NCBI GenBank assembly: GCA_021432655.1
Contig: MU271255.1
Coordinates: 1-64,000 of the forward strand
DNA from: Atractiella rhizophila
Lineage: Eukaryota
Length of the DNA: 64,000 nucleotides
Reading direction: 5' to 3'
The notes under the pieces are model-generated. The model saw nothing but the letters and a program-made list of their open reading frames with translations. It ran no database searches and was not told the DNA's origin. The first letter of the stretch is position 1. Each line of letters starts with the position of its first letter. Position numbers and translations under genes: made by a program. Below are positions 50,229 through 64,000 of the stretch, piece after piece.

Positions 50229-51360
50229 GATGGTCGTAAAAGTTGCAGCGCTGGCTGCACTGCAAGCAAGAACTTTGACACGGACACGTGGCAGTTGGGC
50301 TCGAAGTACGTACATAAGTCGAGTGAAAGAAGGAAGTACTTATTCCTTCTTCTCCTTCCAAGGGACAGATCCATTCAGAAATTCTACAGCTTCAAGCTTC
50401 AAGAGCTTTGGTAAAATCCTTTATTGTCGTAAATTCAGTGCTTTGTGAGTTGACCTACACTGTCAATTCTCTCGGACTTTACCGCGTTTTGTGATTTCTT
50501 TATTTCTTCACGGATCTCTTTTAATGGGGTGTCCATTGAAGGCATCAGTGTTGTCAGGTCCTAAGATACGCTACAACTCTTAGAAAGCTGTGGGAATACG
50601 ATGGAAGTGTCCCCCTCCACCTTACTACTGTATTCCACACAAGCTCTGAATTGATGAGAGACATCCCTACATTCAAGAAGGTGAGAATTCTTGATAATTC
50701 TCACACTTTCATATTTTATTATGACCTTGGGATATGACCGTCGTTACGAGTTCTTGATGGGCGGAGCACTCTTTCTTAATACTTAGTATCTGTTGGAATT
50801 CTATTCGTTCTGGAGCTCAAGGTGTGTTACTTCTGATTACGTACTGACAAATTGACAAGGCAAGTGTCAGCTTATATTTTAACACAAGAACTCTTGAGTT
50901 ACCCCAGTGTCCAATTTCCTCTTCGGAAAGCGAACGAAGTTGGATATATTTGACAGCTATGAGCAGCCCAGATTGGAGTTTGCCTTTGAGATCTTGGTTC
51001 TAAATGTTGTGACTTTCATAATCGACAATCAGGCAAGGAAGGTGCCTGTTGTAATTTGCATCCTATACTCAAGTTGTTCGTTATCTCAGTTGTTCCATGC
51101 TGTCGAACAGAGAAGCGTCTCTGTTTTGCTGGATAGCTTTGCATTTGGCATAACAAAGTGACTCCAACTTTGGGCATCTCTACATAAGCAGGTGATGTTG
51201 ACCAACTTCTTTTAACTTGCAGCGAACCGGATCAGCCGGCTGTGGCCCAAACAATCAACACCATCTGCCTTTAGACCTTGTTCCTCAGCCAGTGTCCTTT
51301 TAACAGACCAACAGCTCTTGGACAGCTTCAGGTGACAACTTCCATCTCGTCTCTCACAAA

Positions 51361-52576
51361 ATGTCGCAGAAGGTGGCACTCGTGACCGGATGTAAGTGCT
51401 TTCGTTGCCCAATCAAGGTGAAGAAATCAACAACTTATATGGTACAAAGGTTCGGAAGGTGGAATGGGGTATTGGTTTTGTGTTGAGCTAGCCAAGAAAG
51501 GGTACAGAGTCTACGCCACGTCGAGGCGGATAGAGTCGATGAAAGGTCTGAAAGAGGCAGGGTGTAAGGTCTGTCATCAACGTCTCGGCTAAAGTTCCGT
51601 TCAAAGCTGATAGGCCTTAGGTACACGAAATGGATGTCACTTCGAAGGAGGCTATCGAGAGAGTTCACGAAATCATCAAAATAGAGAGCGGAAGGCTAGA
51701 TCTCTTCGTCCAAAATGCCGGACTCACTGCAGGTATCGGTCCGTTGCTGACGCTAGACGTCGACAAAGGTATGTCGCTACATTCTCACGGAGACTGAGGT
51801 TGACTCACCGCAATGGAGGAATGAAAACATTCGAAGCAAATTTCTGGGGACCCGTCCGCTGCGTTCAGCAGTTCGCGCCACTCATGATTGAGACGTTCAA
51901 AAAGGACGGATCCAAGATCAAAACTCGCATCATCCAAGTGGGATCCGTCTGGGGAGAATTCGGAGTGAGCTCATCTCCTCTGCCTCTCGTGTCAGCTGAC
52001 ACAGCTCAAAGGCGCCGTTCACTACGATGTACAACTCTAGTAAAGCGGCAGTCCACAACATGGCTCATGTGTGAGTTGTTTGCCGAATCTATCATGGAAA
52101 TCTAAGGAGGGATGGGACAGCATGCGAATCGAGCTCGATGCTCTCGGCGTGTCAACACACCTTTTGATACCCGGCACGGTTGCGACGAAAATATTTGCGT
52201 CTGCAGAATACAACTATGACGAGGATACCACTGCCATCTATTACCCGAAGTTAGCAGAGATCAGGAGCACTTTCGAAAAGAATTTGAACCACGAAGCATC
52301 AATGGCACCCGAAGGCAAGTGTCGTCGTCTCTTGTTCAGCATGTGCTCATGATGCCCTTTCTTGCCAGAATTTGCGAAGGGAGTGGTCAAAACAATGACT
52401 GCAAAATCTTGCCCTAAAGTATTCTATGCCGGATCGTAAGTACTTACCGCTTCTTCTCCATAACTGGCTTAGTTATCATTAGTGACGTTTGGGTCTTTCA
52501 ATACGTCCTCCCTCGACTCCCGCTCTTTCTTGTCGACTGGTTCTCCCATAAATTATATGGCACCTACCTGATCTAA
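51361..52576 (+). CDS. Short-chain dehydrogenase/reductase (Ayr1-like), multi-exon
   Basis: KVALVTG|CSEGGMG..GYRVYATSRRIESMKGL, GRLDLFVQNAG, FEANFWG, YNSSKAAV and MRIELDALGV. Confidence 0.88.
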
Positions 52577-52778
52577 TTCCTTCCTTCCTCTTTAATCACC
52601 TCAATAAATGCACTTTATAGCACTTTGCTCGTTCTCACTTCGTATGATTCAGTTTACTTGCCTGTTCTAGTCTCGTTCTTCTTTACATCTTGACGTCTTT
52701 TACATTCTGGTCAGTTTCACAACATTGAATTCAATTTTACAAGTGCGTTTAATCTCAATGCTAGTCAGATTGACTCCC

Positions 52779-53843
52779 TCAAACCATCCCTCCGTTAATC
52801 CTCAAATTCTGTCCATTGACCCACCTCCCTCCATCCGTGACCAAATACTTGACTAGGCCAGCGACGTCGTCGGGCTTCGCGAGGTCTTTGAGGGGGTTCG
52901 CATTCTTTATCCCGTCGATCACCGCCTGAGGTTTGCCCTTCGTGAAGAGTTCGGTGTCTGTGGGCCCAGGAGAGATGATGTTGGTGGTGATCTTTCGCGA
53001 CGTGAACGAGGGCTCGCGAGACAGGACGCGGCCGATTTGCTCGATCGCCCCTGTGGTTGTTGGTTTTTGTTAGATTTTCATTGGGAGTGAGAATGGGATG
53101 ACGGACCTTTAGTCGCCATATAGAGGAGGTAGCCGGGAGTAAACGTCCAGGCGGCTGTCAGGCTGGAAGGAACCTTAGCTTTACGTTGGGGGTGGAGAGA
53201 TGAATCTTACGAGGTTGAGAAGAGGATGATCTTTCCACCATCTCGAATGTGGGGTCCCAAGCTCTACTCTCACTGTCAACTCTGATTCTTCAGGAAGGTC
53301 GACCTGACTAACCTGCACCAAAAGCAAGGGGCCCTTGACGTTGGTGTCGAACATGTGATTATAGTTTTCCTCCGTCACCTTCTCCAGTTCAATCATGGGC
53401 ATGACACCCGCATTGAGCACCACGAAATCGATCCCTCCAAGTTCCTTGACCTTGGACGAGATGGAGGAGATAACATCTGCTGAACCCACATCTCCCTGAA
53501 GGAGAGCGTGGGGAGGATTGGAGGCGGGGAGGGAGGAGAGGAGGGACTCGGCTGCAGAGGTGTTCGAGTTGTAATTTAGCAGAATTGTCGCTCCTTGGGC
53601 GGCGAGGGTGCGTGAAATCTATGAACCGTTGTCAAGTCTCGCAGAAGAAAGGGCAATAATGGGCTTACAGCTGCTCCAATCCCCCTGAAGGATGGTGTTG
53701 ATTCAGTCGATACTAACAGTACTCGTGGAAATTGCTTACCTCGATCCACCGGTTACTGTGTAATACAATTAGAGATAGATTTTGAGTAAAAACTAGAAGG
53801 AAGACATACCAAGCGCAATCTTGCCAGCAAGAACGGTCGACAT
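52779..53843 (-). CDS. Short-chain dehydrogenase/reductase (classical, FabG-like), multi-exon
   Basis: LAGKIAL|VTGGS|RGIGAA, IDFVVLNAG, FDTNVKGP, YMATK|GAIEQ, ISPGPTDTELF and WVNGQNLRINGG. Confidence 0.92.
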
Positions 53844-54395
53844 TTCGGTGTTATCAACTTCAGAATGGTCGTTGTGAGAGTGCGAAGTCCTCTTGAGGTG
53901 TTTGAATACGTTGACCATTAATTCCTTCGTCTCAGTTCTTGCATTCCCTTCAACTTCCACCTCTCTTTTATATCTTTTGAGGACCTATCGCTTTGCGTCG
54001 GAGTCCCCGATACCACCGATTCTCAGCCTTCCAGCGAGTATCGCACGTCACAAAGCCATCGTCAAGTAATACCGATTGCATGCTTTCCCTATCGTACGCC
54101 CGGTGTGTCCTGTTGCGACTTCCCGCGAGCCCCTTCTCCTTCCTTCAAGCCTTAACATCTTTGGTTAGTTGCAAGTGAAGCCCAGGGTGAGTACGTCATA
54201 GCCTGGAAAAAATGCCTATTTGGGTTTGCACCAGGACACCGGCCTTTGCCACAACAGACAACCGGAGCATTCGGAGCAACAAAAAAACGTGCCCAATTTA
54301 GAGAACAGCATCACGTCGACCACCACTTTTTGCGGCCAGGCTCTGCCTGCTGCTCTGCCTGGCTCATCACCACAAAACAGATATCTGTACACGAA

Positions 54396-57300
54396 ATGGT
54401 CGCAGCGCCTTCCCCCGTGCAGGCAACAAGACCACTCCCATCGAACCAGCCGCCGAAAAGGAGGTCAAGCAGCCTCTTGGTAGCGAGGCATGGCACAACT
54501 GGCACCCATAACACTCATCCCGGCATCTCTCATCAAGGACTCGGGTTCGCAAGGACAATTACGGGAGGAACTCATGGAGGAGTGAAGAGGAAGGGGGTTT
54601 TGGGCTTTTGGGACGCTTGTCTTAAACATCTTAATTTTTATCGGTATGCCTACTTCCCCTTTCTGTGTGATCACCAATTTTATTCATGTTACGAATAGTG
54701 TACATTTGATCGCCTTCACCATCACTCCACTCCTCGCAGCGACCATCTTCTACCTTGTCGATACTGAGCGGAAATGGGACTTCGTCGACTGTTTATTCAG
54801 TATGTTCCCCACAATCATCTCCTTCACGTCATGTTGCAGCGCTGAAGCGTGAAGAATAGTGTGTGTCTCAGCCGTTACAGTGACGGGGTTGACCACCATC
54901 GAGCTCTCCTTGATCACGCGTGTGCAACAGGCCATCCTCTACGTATTTATTTCAATTCCATCTTCAATCTCCGAGCAACTAAACGAGTCAATAGGTGTTG
55001 ATGGGTCTCGGATCAACTGTCAGCATCTCCTCTCTTCGTATTGCACCAGTGGTATTGATGACAGGGTTCACAGTCCGGCGTTTCCATCGTCTTCATCATC
55101 ATTCGACGGTATCGTATCTCCCTCTCACTGCACGGCATGACCTGATGGAACATTGACAAGGAATTATTTCCGCCGTCGGTTTGCCCACATCATCCAATCG
55201 AACGCCGTGATCCGGAAACGGATCGTGGACCTTGAGATTGCAGAGGTTGTGCCCCACCTCCTACAAACCCTAGAGCTAACGTGTGTATGGGCGGTCGGGG
55301 TATAGGACATACAACGGAGTCGAAAACCATGGTACAAGCGACCATTCCAAGTCAACTCTCACCATCCGAGTCCAGCCAGCTCTTCTGCCGCCTCTTCAGC
55401 TTCAGAAGCTAACGGCGGAAGGAGGAAACAGCTGAAGAAAGACCTCATTCGAAAGCTGGACATCCCGGTGTTGGTGAATAGGATGAACGTCGGTGGGGTG
55501 TTGAGCGAGATGCAGACGGACGCGGAGGAGAAACAGGACGAGAAGAGGAAGGCGGAAGGCGAGGCAGTGGAGGTGGGTACCAGTGATGGAAGTGAAAAAG
55601 AGAAACGAGAGAGCGGGGAAAATGAAAGTGGAGAGAAGAAGTTGGAGAAGAGGTCTTTGCATCCGAGTCGCACGCTCTCGTTTGTTTCCCCTCTTGCACC
55701 TTTGCTGAGTCTTACAAGTGATGCGTAGGATTCAAATTGCGGAAGAGCCAAAAGGACTTCAGCTAGACTTCCCGAGGTCCTCCCCAGTCGCTCAACATCT
55801 GTCAAGCTTTCTCGATTCTCCTCGAGCTCAAATTCCACACGAATCGCCTGAGGCGCTGACTGATTCTCCAAAGATCTTATTCCATCCAGCCCTCCACTCT
55901 CCACACGAGCACGATCACCTTCCCACACCGAGTAGAAGGCGAACGAACTCAGACCCTCTCTTACGTGCCTCCTCATTACATCCCTCCATCTCCATCTCAC
56001 AGCTGCACCCACTCCATCCCAAAGTAGGTCCAGATGCGGAGACTCTACGATTTTTGCGCACGCGCACGGTCGCAGCTGATGGAGAAGATGAGATCGAGGA
56101 CCACATCTCCGAGCTTCAACCCAACCTCGTTGGGAGGATGGGGAGGCGTGGGCTGGGCGGAGTTGGTGGAGTAGAAGGGGGTCGGGGTATGCCGCGCACA
56201 CAGACCGTCGAATTTTCGTTACCCCAACGACCCCTTGGAGGCGGAGGGTTGCGACAGCGACATTTTACGGGAGCAGGTGCTGGAGCGGGAACTGGGCCGA
56301 GGAGGAATAGCACGCTCCCTCCCGCTTCTAATGTCGGTCAGGTGGGAAGCACGGGAAGGCGTCCCAGCGTTTCTACGGGTGGGCTGGAGAGGAATTATAC
56401 GCTCAGTCATGATCCTAATTCGGCCATGCATCGAGATTTTGGTGGTTTCCCAAATCCTGTGATAGCCGCTGTCGGATTCGTTCATCGTCATGTCATACCG
56501 AAGACGGTGGAGAGGAAGCTCACCATGCCCAAGACAACGACGCTGCTCAGTGCTGCCAATGGGGAGATAGGAACTCATGTACAGCTCCCGAACGGAGAGA
56601 CGAAGGAGGTTAATTACATATCGTTTGACGCGCTGGTAGGAAGGAATAGCAAGTTCTATGATCTAACCGATGAGCAGGAAGAGGAGTGAGTGCTGTTCCT
56701 CTTCTCTGCAGTCTCAGACAACTTTGTTAACGAACGCCTAGGTTGGGAGGGGTAGAATATCGCGTAATTCGATCTCCACAAGACGGCAACGTGTGCTGAC
56801 AGTATTTGTAGGCGTTATCTGTTCTCCTCAAAATCGTAGCTTGTTATTGGATTGGTTGTCAACTGTTATCTGTCGTCATCGTCGCACCATACTTCTCCGC
56901 CGCGAGCCAATACGCGGATGTCTTCAAGGCAAATCGCGTCAATGCAGTGTGGTTTACGTTTTTTCAGACCTCAACTGCCTTCACGTACGCCGTTCCTTCC
57001 CTGTTATGGGCTCTGCTAACTTCGCGCAGGAATTGTGGGATGTCCCTTGTCGGTAGGCATTTTGCACAACCCCAATGCCCTGCCTGAAGCGGGGCCATAG
57101 ACACGAGCTTGACGCAGTTCCAAGAGGCATATCCACTTTTGATCATGACAATATTCCTTATTCTGGCTGGCAACACCGCCTTCCCGATCTTCCTTCGTCT
57201 GACCATGTATGCATCTCCGTTTTACCATGAACCACTTACGGACTAAGGTTGTTCTCACAACCGCAGCTGGACACTTTCCAAACTATTCCGCAAAGGGACG

Positions 57301-58787
57301 AAAAACAGAGAAACACTCCAGTTCCTTCTTGAACACCCCCGACGCTGCTTCATATACCTTTTCCCTGCTCAGTAAGGAATTTTCACCCTCCTCGAATGAA
57401 CTACGAAGCTAATCGAAACTGATCAGTCAAACATATTTCCTCATATTCGTACTCTTTGTGCTTAATTGCACCGATTGGATAGCCTTCTTGGTGCTGGACC
57501 TTGGTAATCCAGTCATTGAAGATATACCTGTCGGTCCGGTACGTTTCTGCGTTCAGTGGCAACATGGCGCCTAAGTCTGGTTGCAGCGAATCCTTGACGG
57601 ACTCGTCCAAGCTTCAGCCGTACGAAGCGCAGGCTTTAACATTATCAATCTTGGAGCGTCCGCACCTGCATTGCAGGTATTGTATGTGATCATGATGTGA
57701 GTTCCACCATGCACTAGTATCTGTTGCTAATCGATGGAGTTAGGTACATTGCTGGTGAGCTTTTCATATACTCAACAAGCCACGCCTGACTATCTATGAC
57801 AGTCTATCCCATTGCCTTATCTATCAGGTACCTTCAATCTATCTCTTATCATGACAGAGTGACCGACTTAACAGAGCAACGAACGTGTATGAAGAGAAGT
57901 CTATGGGTGTTTACCACGAGGAGGAAAACGAAACGACCTATGAAGCCAACTTCTACCAACGGCCCGGCAAGGCGACTTCTTACATCGCCCATCACGCTCG
58001 GAAGCAACTCGTGAGCCCAATTTCATCCTATCATTTTTGGACACTGACGGAAGACGTCAGAGTTTTGATCTGTGGTGGCTTTTTGCTGCACTGTGGCTGA
58101 TCGCAATCGTCGAGGTGCGATTTTCTTGATGAGTGAGAAAGCTCGCTGACTGTGAAACCAGAGAGACGAGATCGAGGACCCTACCAGCAACCAATATTTC
58201 AATTGTGAGTATTTTATCGCGATCCCAGACTATTTTTAATTGAGGATTCTAGTGTTTACAATAATGGTGAGTCTTTGGAGCATGAAGAGAAACAAAGGCT
58301 CATCACGATACAGTTTGACCTCATCAGTGCATATGGAACTGTTGGGCTGTCTCTTGGACTGCCCTTCCGCAACACATCTCTAGCAGGAGCTTTCAGACCA
58401 TTATCCAAACTCATCCTTTGTGCCGTGATGATGTAAGACTTTAATGTCACCATTGCCAGCTCCTCAGCTAACATTCGTTAAAGTCGAGGGCGACATCGCG
58501 GACTCCCTGTCGCAGTGGATCGTGCCGTTGTCCTACCGTGGGAGCTGGAACATCGTGGAGTAACGAGCAACGACGACATGCCCGCTACCAACTCTTTCAC
58601 CGCAGTCAACACCGCTGTCTCCAACCTTGACGAAGAGCCTCCGTCAGAAGAACCCCATGGTCTTTCAGCGGAACCGATGACGAGACTGTCTACAGTCGAA
58701 GAGGCCATCAGCCCTCGCACTACGAGGACCAGCCCTCCAAATTCACCTTTTCCGAGTCCCAGTCCGATGAAAACCAAGCAGGCATGA
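54396..58787 (+). CDS. Trk-family potassium transporter, many exons
   Basis: LNFYR, VSAVTVTGLTT, YISFDALVGRNSKFYDLTDEQEEE|LGGVEYR, AGNTAFPIFLR, RSAGF, ISAYGTVGLSLG and RGRHRGLPVAVDRAVVLP. Confidence 0.93.
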
Positions 58788-59451
58788 CTTGATTTACGCA
58801 CTAATGTTTGATCCTTTAGTCCTCACGATACATAGATGCATTCCGTTCCCCATTTTGAGGCTCCACATTGTACAAAGTACCGATTCGAAGTGACACTGAG
58901 GGCAAATTGGTGGTAGTTGACTTAGATTTCTTAATGCAGGCAATTCTCTCCAGGTTCGATAGTTCAGAAATAATGGTTGCGTTAATTGATTGCGATGCTG
59001 GAACTAAACCAAAAGAGAAGAGAAAATCCAGAGTGTCCTTGTGATTGAAAGTGAAAAGACAATCCGAGTATAAAATCTACTACAGGTATCATTACTAGAT
59101 CATTATCGTAGGTAGACGTTACTGAAAAGTAGGTAGTAACAAGTGGGTATATCGTGAATATCATAGGATGGTAAATATTTAAAGCTTTCCGAGACTCAAC
59201 AGGCAGTGCATTCAGTTGTCAAACTTCAAACGTTCAAACACAAAATGGCAAGGCAAGAAAGGGGATTCACAGAACGCAAAGACGCAATCTCAATCTCGAA
59301 ACCAATCAAACTCGAGGCTGAACAGATTCTGAAACTGAGAAGCAGACAGGTCGAACTCTAATAACCAAAATTTAAAACTGACTTCATATCCAATCCCAGC
59401 ACCACCTGATTGTTTTTTTTTTCACAAGGACGACGACAAGACAAGTCAATG

Positions 59452-59617
59452 TCAACGTTCGAGGAACCCCTTCCGTTCCTCATCCCTGGGACCAGCGACA
59501 GCAAAAGCTTCCTGGCCCCTTTGCTTCTTCACGAGCTTCTCCAGTCCTCTGACGGCTGCTTCAAGCTCCTTATCTCAAATCGACTTTCCTCGTTGTCAGC
59601 CTATTGAGTGTGATCTG
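59452..59617 (-). repeat. Diverged duplicate of the last ~55 codons of the RING gene, directly downstream of its stop
   Basis: QITLNRL..GKSI*DKELEAAVRGLEKLVKKQRGQ..RNGRGFLER* versus QITLDRL..GKSIRDRELGAAVRGLEDLVKKQRGQ..RNGRGFLER*. Confidence 0.85.
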
Positions 59618-59630
59618 AGGGCCGTCAACG

Positions 59631-62287
59631 TTAACGTTCGAGGAACCCTCTTCCGTTCCTCGCCCGCGGACCAGCGAAAGTTCCCTGGCCTCTCTGCTTC
59701 TTGACAAGATCCTCCAATCCCCTAACAGCTGCTCCCAGCTCCCTATCACGAATCGACTTTCCCTCATAACCCTTCTCCTTCAACCTATCGAGGGTGATCT
59801 GAATCTCGTTCATAGAATAGAACGACGGGTTCCTAAACATCTCGATCGCCCTCTCGACCAGTTCTCCGGGCGCACTCTCGTCATCGTCCGCCACGCTCGA
59901 CGCTGAGTCCGACGATATCGAGAACGGGTTCTCCATGTCCTGCAGCTCCTTATCCTTCGACTTGTAGAACGAGATCTCCGGTGAGAGGATCTCCGTCGGC
60001 GGGGGAGCGTTCAGAGGGGACGACGGGCGCTTCAAAGGTGTCGTTTTGCTCCTCGCCGGCGTCACATTCTCTCTCGTCGGTGCCTTCGCCGGCGTCGTAC
60101 TGCTCCTGGGGGGCTGCTGCTTGGCGGAGGTCCTGATGTCAGCCATTGAAGGACGGACAGGGGTTGTGGATCCCGACTTGGGGGTGGTGTGACCAGATTT
60201 GGTGGGAGAGGTGTTCCTCGACGCCTGTTTCTTCTGCATCATCTCGAAATACCTCCTCCTCTTCTCCGCCACCTCCCTCGCCACCTTCGCCGGGTCCTCC
60301 TCTTCGCTTTCTCTCCCATTCCTCCCCCGACTCCCGTATGGCGCCGGATCCACGGATTCGTAGTCCGAACGCATCGTCGTCGAGCGCGAATGTGAGCGAG
60401 AATGCGAATGCGAATGAGACTGCGGCTGTGAGTCCTCGTACGAGCTCGGTTCCTGCCAGGCGGGATAGTCCTCAAAAACCATCTCGTTCTTCGCCGGTTC
60501 ATTGAACTCATAGCCGCCCATATTGACGACTTTCTGAGGGGACGTGCTCCTCTTATTCCTCGCACTCATCCCCATCCCTACACCCTGAGCTGTGGTGGCG
60601 TACCTGGCGCTCCCATTCCTCGGCAACTGCAACTGAAACGGGCTCAAACTCTCCTCTTCCTCCCTCACCTCTCCCCTAGCACCAGCAGCAGCCTCCTCCA
60701 ACTTAGCCGCATCCGACAACCTCGAAAACAAGCTCTTAGACTGTCCCCCCGGTTTTCCGCTCATAACGATCGGCGCGCCTGTCCTGCTCCTCCCGCTCTG
60801 CACTTTCGAATTCATACTCGAAGACGACGGGGGCGAGGCACCATTAGGCAGGGGAACATTAGCGTACGGTCTGAGCTGGTCGAGCGCTGCTGCCTGCTTC
60901 AAATGCTGCTGATGTTTCTGCTGCTGCTGCTTAGCGAACAAGCTCCCGGCAGCAGCGACGGCGGCGGAAGGAGGGGCGATGGGTTCTTGAGTGCGCATGG
61001 ACGCGATCCGGGACACGATCATGTCCACCTGCGTAGGGGTGACCTGCCCTCCGCTCGAGTTCGCGCTCGCACTCGCAGTCGAGGTCCGGCTTCCGGATGG
61101 CGGGGAGGGAGCGCGAGATGGCACGACGGGGACGTTCGAGTAGGGGTAGCGCGCTGTGCTCGCACCTGAGGCGCCGGTGGAGGAGGAGCGGGAGCGGGAG
61201 AGGAAGTTGCCGGAGAGAGGTGGCGAGACGCCTTTCCCCGCGGAAGGTGGGGTGGTACGACTGCTGCTGAGTGCGGACGGAGGGGTTGTCCGGGAGGATG
61301 AGGTGATGGATGCTGGTGTGGAAAAGTATTGGTGGGTCGGGGAGACGGTGTATGACGAAGAGGACGATGCGCTCTTGGTCGGACTGATGGAGGAGGCGGA
61401 CTGAGTGCCATACGCCGGTCGACCCCAGTTAGATCCCCGGTTCATCGTTGTTGAGGTAGAATTTGACCGAGTGGAGGAGAACCAGCCTCCGCTTGAACTT
61501 GCGCTCCGTGTCAAGGATGGATTAGAACCGATCGCGGATGTAGAGTCGGCCCTCGGCCTGGCTCCCCATGAGGACCCCCGCTGATGTTGCGCCGGAGGTT
61601 GATTTTGGGTTTGATTTTGGGTTTGTGCGGAGGAAGCGAGAGAGTTGAGACGTGAGGCTAGCTGGGAGGAGGACACGCCGTTGGACTGAGCGGATGGGTA
61701 GGGTTGGCGCGATGAGGAGGCGACGGGAGCCTTCGATCCGCCAGCTTTGAGTTGTAAGTTGAAAGGAACGGAGTCCATCGTCAGTGGCATGTTGCTGTTC
61801 GATTCGAGTAGGTTCAGTCGAATCACGATTGAGTCACAAAATGAAATCGTCAGATGGTTGCGATAGGAAGGAAGGAAGAGACGAACCAAGTGGGACAGAC
61901 GGCGTCTTGTCCAGATTCTGATAATCGTGCCCAGAGGCAAGTTTCGTGAAACAAGTCACCGCACGCGAGTTTGATGACGGGTACGATCCTGTTGCTCGAC
62001 TTCGAGAGGGCCTCTCCGCACAAGGGACACTCTGTGAGCGCCATCAGCGATCGATGTCCAGATCTTGGGGAGGTGGAGATGGATGGGGATCCGGATGACG
62101 CATGGGGATGGATGGACAGGGATGACGTACGGTACGCGTTTGGACTTCGCAGGTTGAGCCTCTGCGCCCTCACCTGGGATCTGTTCAGCGCCTGCTGGCT
62201 GTTCTGGGCGGAGGAGGATGCGTGGGAGGGGTACGAGGCAGCTGGTGTGGGCGACGATGCGCGCTTGAAAGAGGAAAAGATGCCCAT
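59631..62287 (-). CDS. RING-finger protein with a long Ser/Pro-rich disordered region
   Basis: CPLC..CGDLFHETC..CPT(C) in the first exon; intron ~61888-61838; long open second exon to TAA at 59631. Confidence 0.75.
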
Positions 62288-64000
62288 GCTCCCTTCTTCG
62301 CCTTGGAATAAACGTTGAAAATTCTGCTCAGACTCGGGGCTGGAATCGTGCTGAGTATTATGTGAATGACGACGTAAGGCGAAGAAGGAGATGCGAAAAA
62401 AAAGATGTGGTCGCTGACGCTGGGAGCGGTCAAAGGGAGTGGCTGTGCAAGATAAGATTTTTTTTCACCCAAATTCTCGACTTGCGGCCTTCGAACCAAC
62501 CAAAAATCTGAGTCGATCTGAGATCCACACACGTTGACTTGGGCGCCGTTTTATTCTCCAGCTTCTCTCTGTCTTATCTATCTCTCTTTTTATTATCTAA
62601 TTATCTGTCCTCCGACACCAGCCTCGCCGTCTTCCAATCGCAACCAAAGCCTTTATGCACCCTTTTATGCTAGAGGAGGGTGGCAAACTTGTTCCCGAAG
62701 GTGCTAGAAGGACGAAAGAGGGAAAGAACGAGGGTGCGTCAGCATGTAGGATGATGTGCGTCGGGCAAAGAGGGCAGCATCACTGCTGCATTACAATTCT
62801 AATACCCTCTGCAATAGGCTGCAGCCCCTTCCCTGCCGAATGCGAGGCTGAGAGCTGAAGTACTCGAGTCCTGCGGCGAAAGCTAAAAGACATACCTTCA
62901 TCAAATGTTAGTCAGAGCTTGACTGTATGCCGTGAAGGCCGCGGTTCAGCGATGACCTTAGCCAGAACGGTGTAGGGATATCTGAATCCTTTCAGGATGG
63001 TGAAAGCTGAAAGATTTAGAGTCTCACCGAATCTCCTGAAGCTATGTCTCAATTCATTCCGCGGGACATATCATTTGAGGACACCTTAGACTGCTTGCTG
63101 TGACCACTTTCCTCGGCCACCTTTGGATCTTCAACCCTCCTGAACGCATTTCTGTCTTGTCTAATTATAATTCCCATATGAATTCTGAATTCATCAAAGA
63201 ATCTCGGTTGAAGGGATGGACTGGGAGAGTCCCTCACAGCATTTCCGGATCGTCCATCGAACCGCACAGGTAGTGCTCGGGCATGGATCATCGAGGAGCT
63301 CCAACTTCATCCTCTAGTGTCGTGCACCGCATGTATTGAAGGAAGTTATGGCATTAAGAAGTTCTGTAAATTGGTTCATGCCCAGTGCTATCAAAATAAG
63401 TCTATTCCATACAAAGCTCTGGTCACGTGGCTGCGACATGAAAATGTTCCTCAATGTGCAACTGCAGAACTTCCTGTCGCGAATCTTCCACCGTGCCGTC
63501 TTCTGCGTATTCATATTGTTTGCTAAATAGTTACTTCCGCATTCATTTCTGGAAGGTTGGATGTGTTATTTGAACTCTGCTGAGGACTATCAACAAGAAT
63601 CGAGGACGCCATCTCTCTATGACCCCACGGGGATAGTGTCTCCAATGCCGCCCTAGCCCTAGCCCAATGTGCAGACGCAGAAACACCAGAGGTATACGTG
63701 GAAACGCTATACACTGGCAAGAGAAGATGCACAAACCATGACTCATATCCAGCCTATATGCATGGATCGTTGCAGATATGTGAAGATCTCCCAGGCCGTA
63801 TTATTACAGCATGGAAAACAAGCCTCTGTTTTCGTATACTTCCATGCACAAAGGGGATGGTATTCCTCAAGTGCGCGTTGACACAACAACACCGCAATTT
63901 TCATTCGAGTGAGTAAAAGAAGGGGATACCATGACACGGCGACAGGACGCGCCGCATAAATTGTATGAGCATTATCCAATCGCTATTACGAGAATTCCAG

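Noticed and set aside
50480..51300. AT-richer stretch between the MAPR and SDR genes
   Set aside because: No terminal repeats, TSD or coding signal found; treated as a divergent intergenic region.
55359..56201. 280-aa minus-strand ORF
   Set aside because: Antisense to the Trk cytoplasmic loop exons.
62900..64000. Possible intron-containing gene fragment at the window end
   Set aside because: Short ORFs on both strands with no motif I can identify.

Overview
Intron-rich fungal (basidiomycete-like) genomic DNA. The flanks hold ordinary genes. On the left: an MFS transporter, a syntaxin and an RS/KE-rich nuclear protein. On the right: a HAD hydrolase, a cytochrome-b5-like heme/steroid-binding protein, two SDRs, a Trk K+ transporter and a RING protein. 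Between them, ~5-39.5 kb is a tandem segmental-duplication array with seven copies of a gene encoding an unknown N-terminal domain, an internal F-box and LRR-like repeats. Three copies are intact, two are frameshifted, one is 3'-truncated and one is a 3' fragment. The predicted exposed LRR positions are hypervariable and the copies are mosaic, while co-duplicated passenger genes (RPL38, the RS-rich gene, unknown genes) have decayed. This array is the best candidate for an undescribed diversifying recognition/ubiquitin-ligase system. At 39.5-48.2 kb lie a decayed P-loop NTPase remnant, a solo LTR with a 5-bp TSD, and a DIRS/Ngaro-type tyrosine-recombinase retrotransposon. The retrotransposon has a hairpin-filled gag intron, an RT insertion and one disabling lesion in each ORF. 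All gene models and alignments were made by eye.
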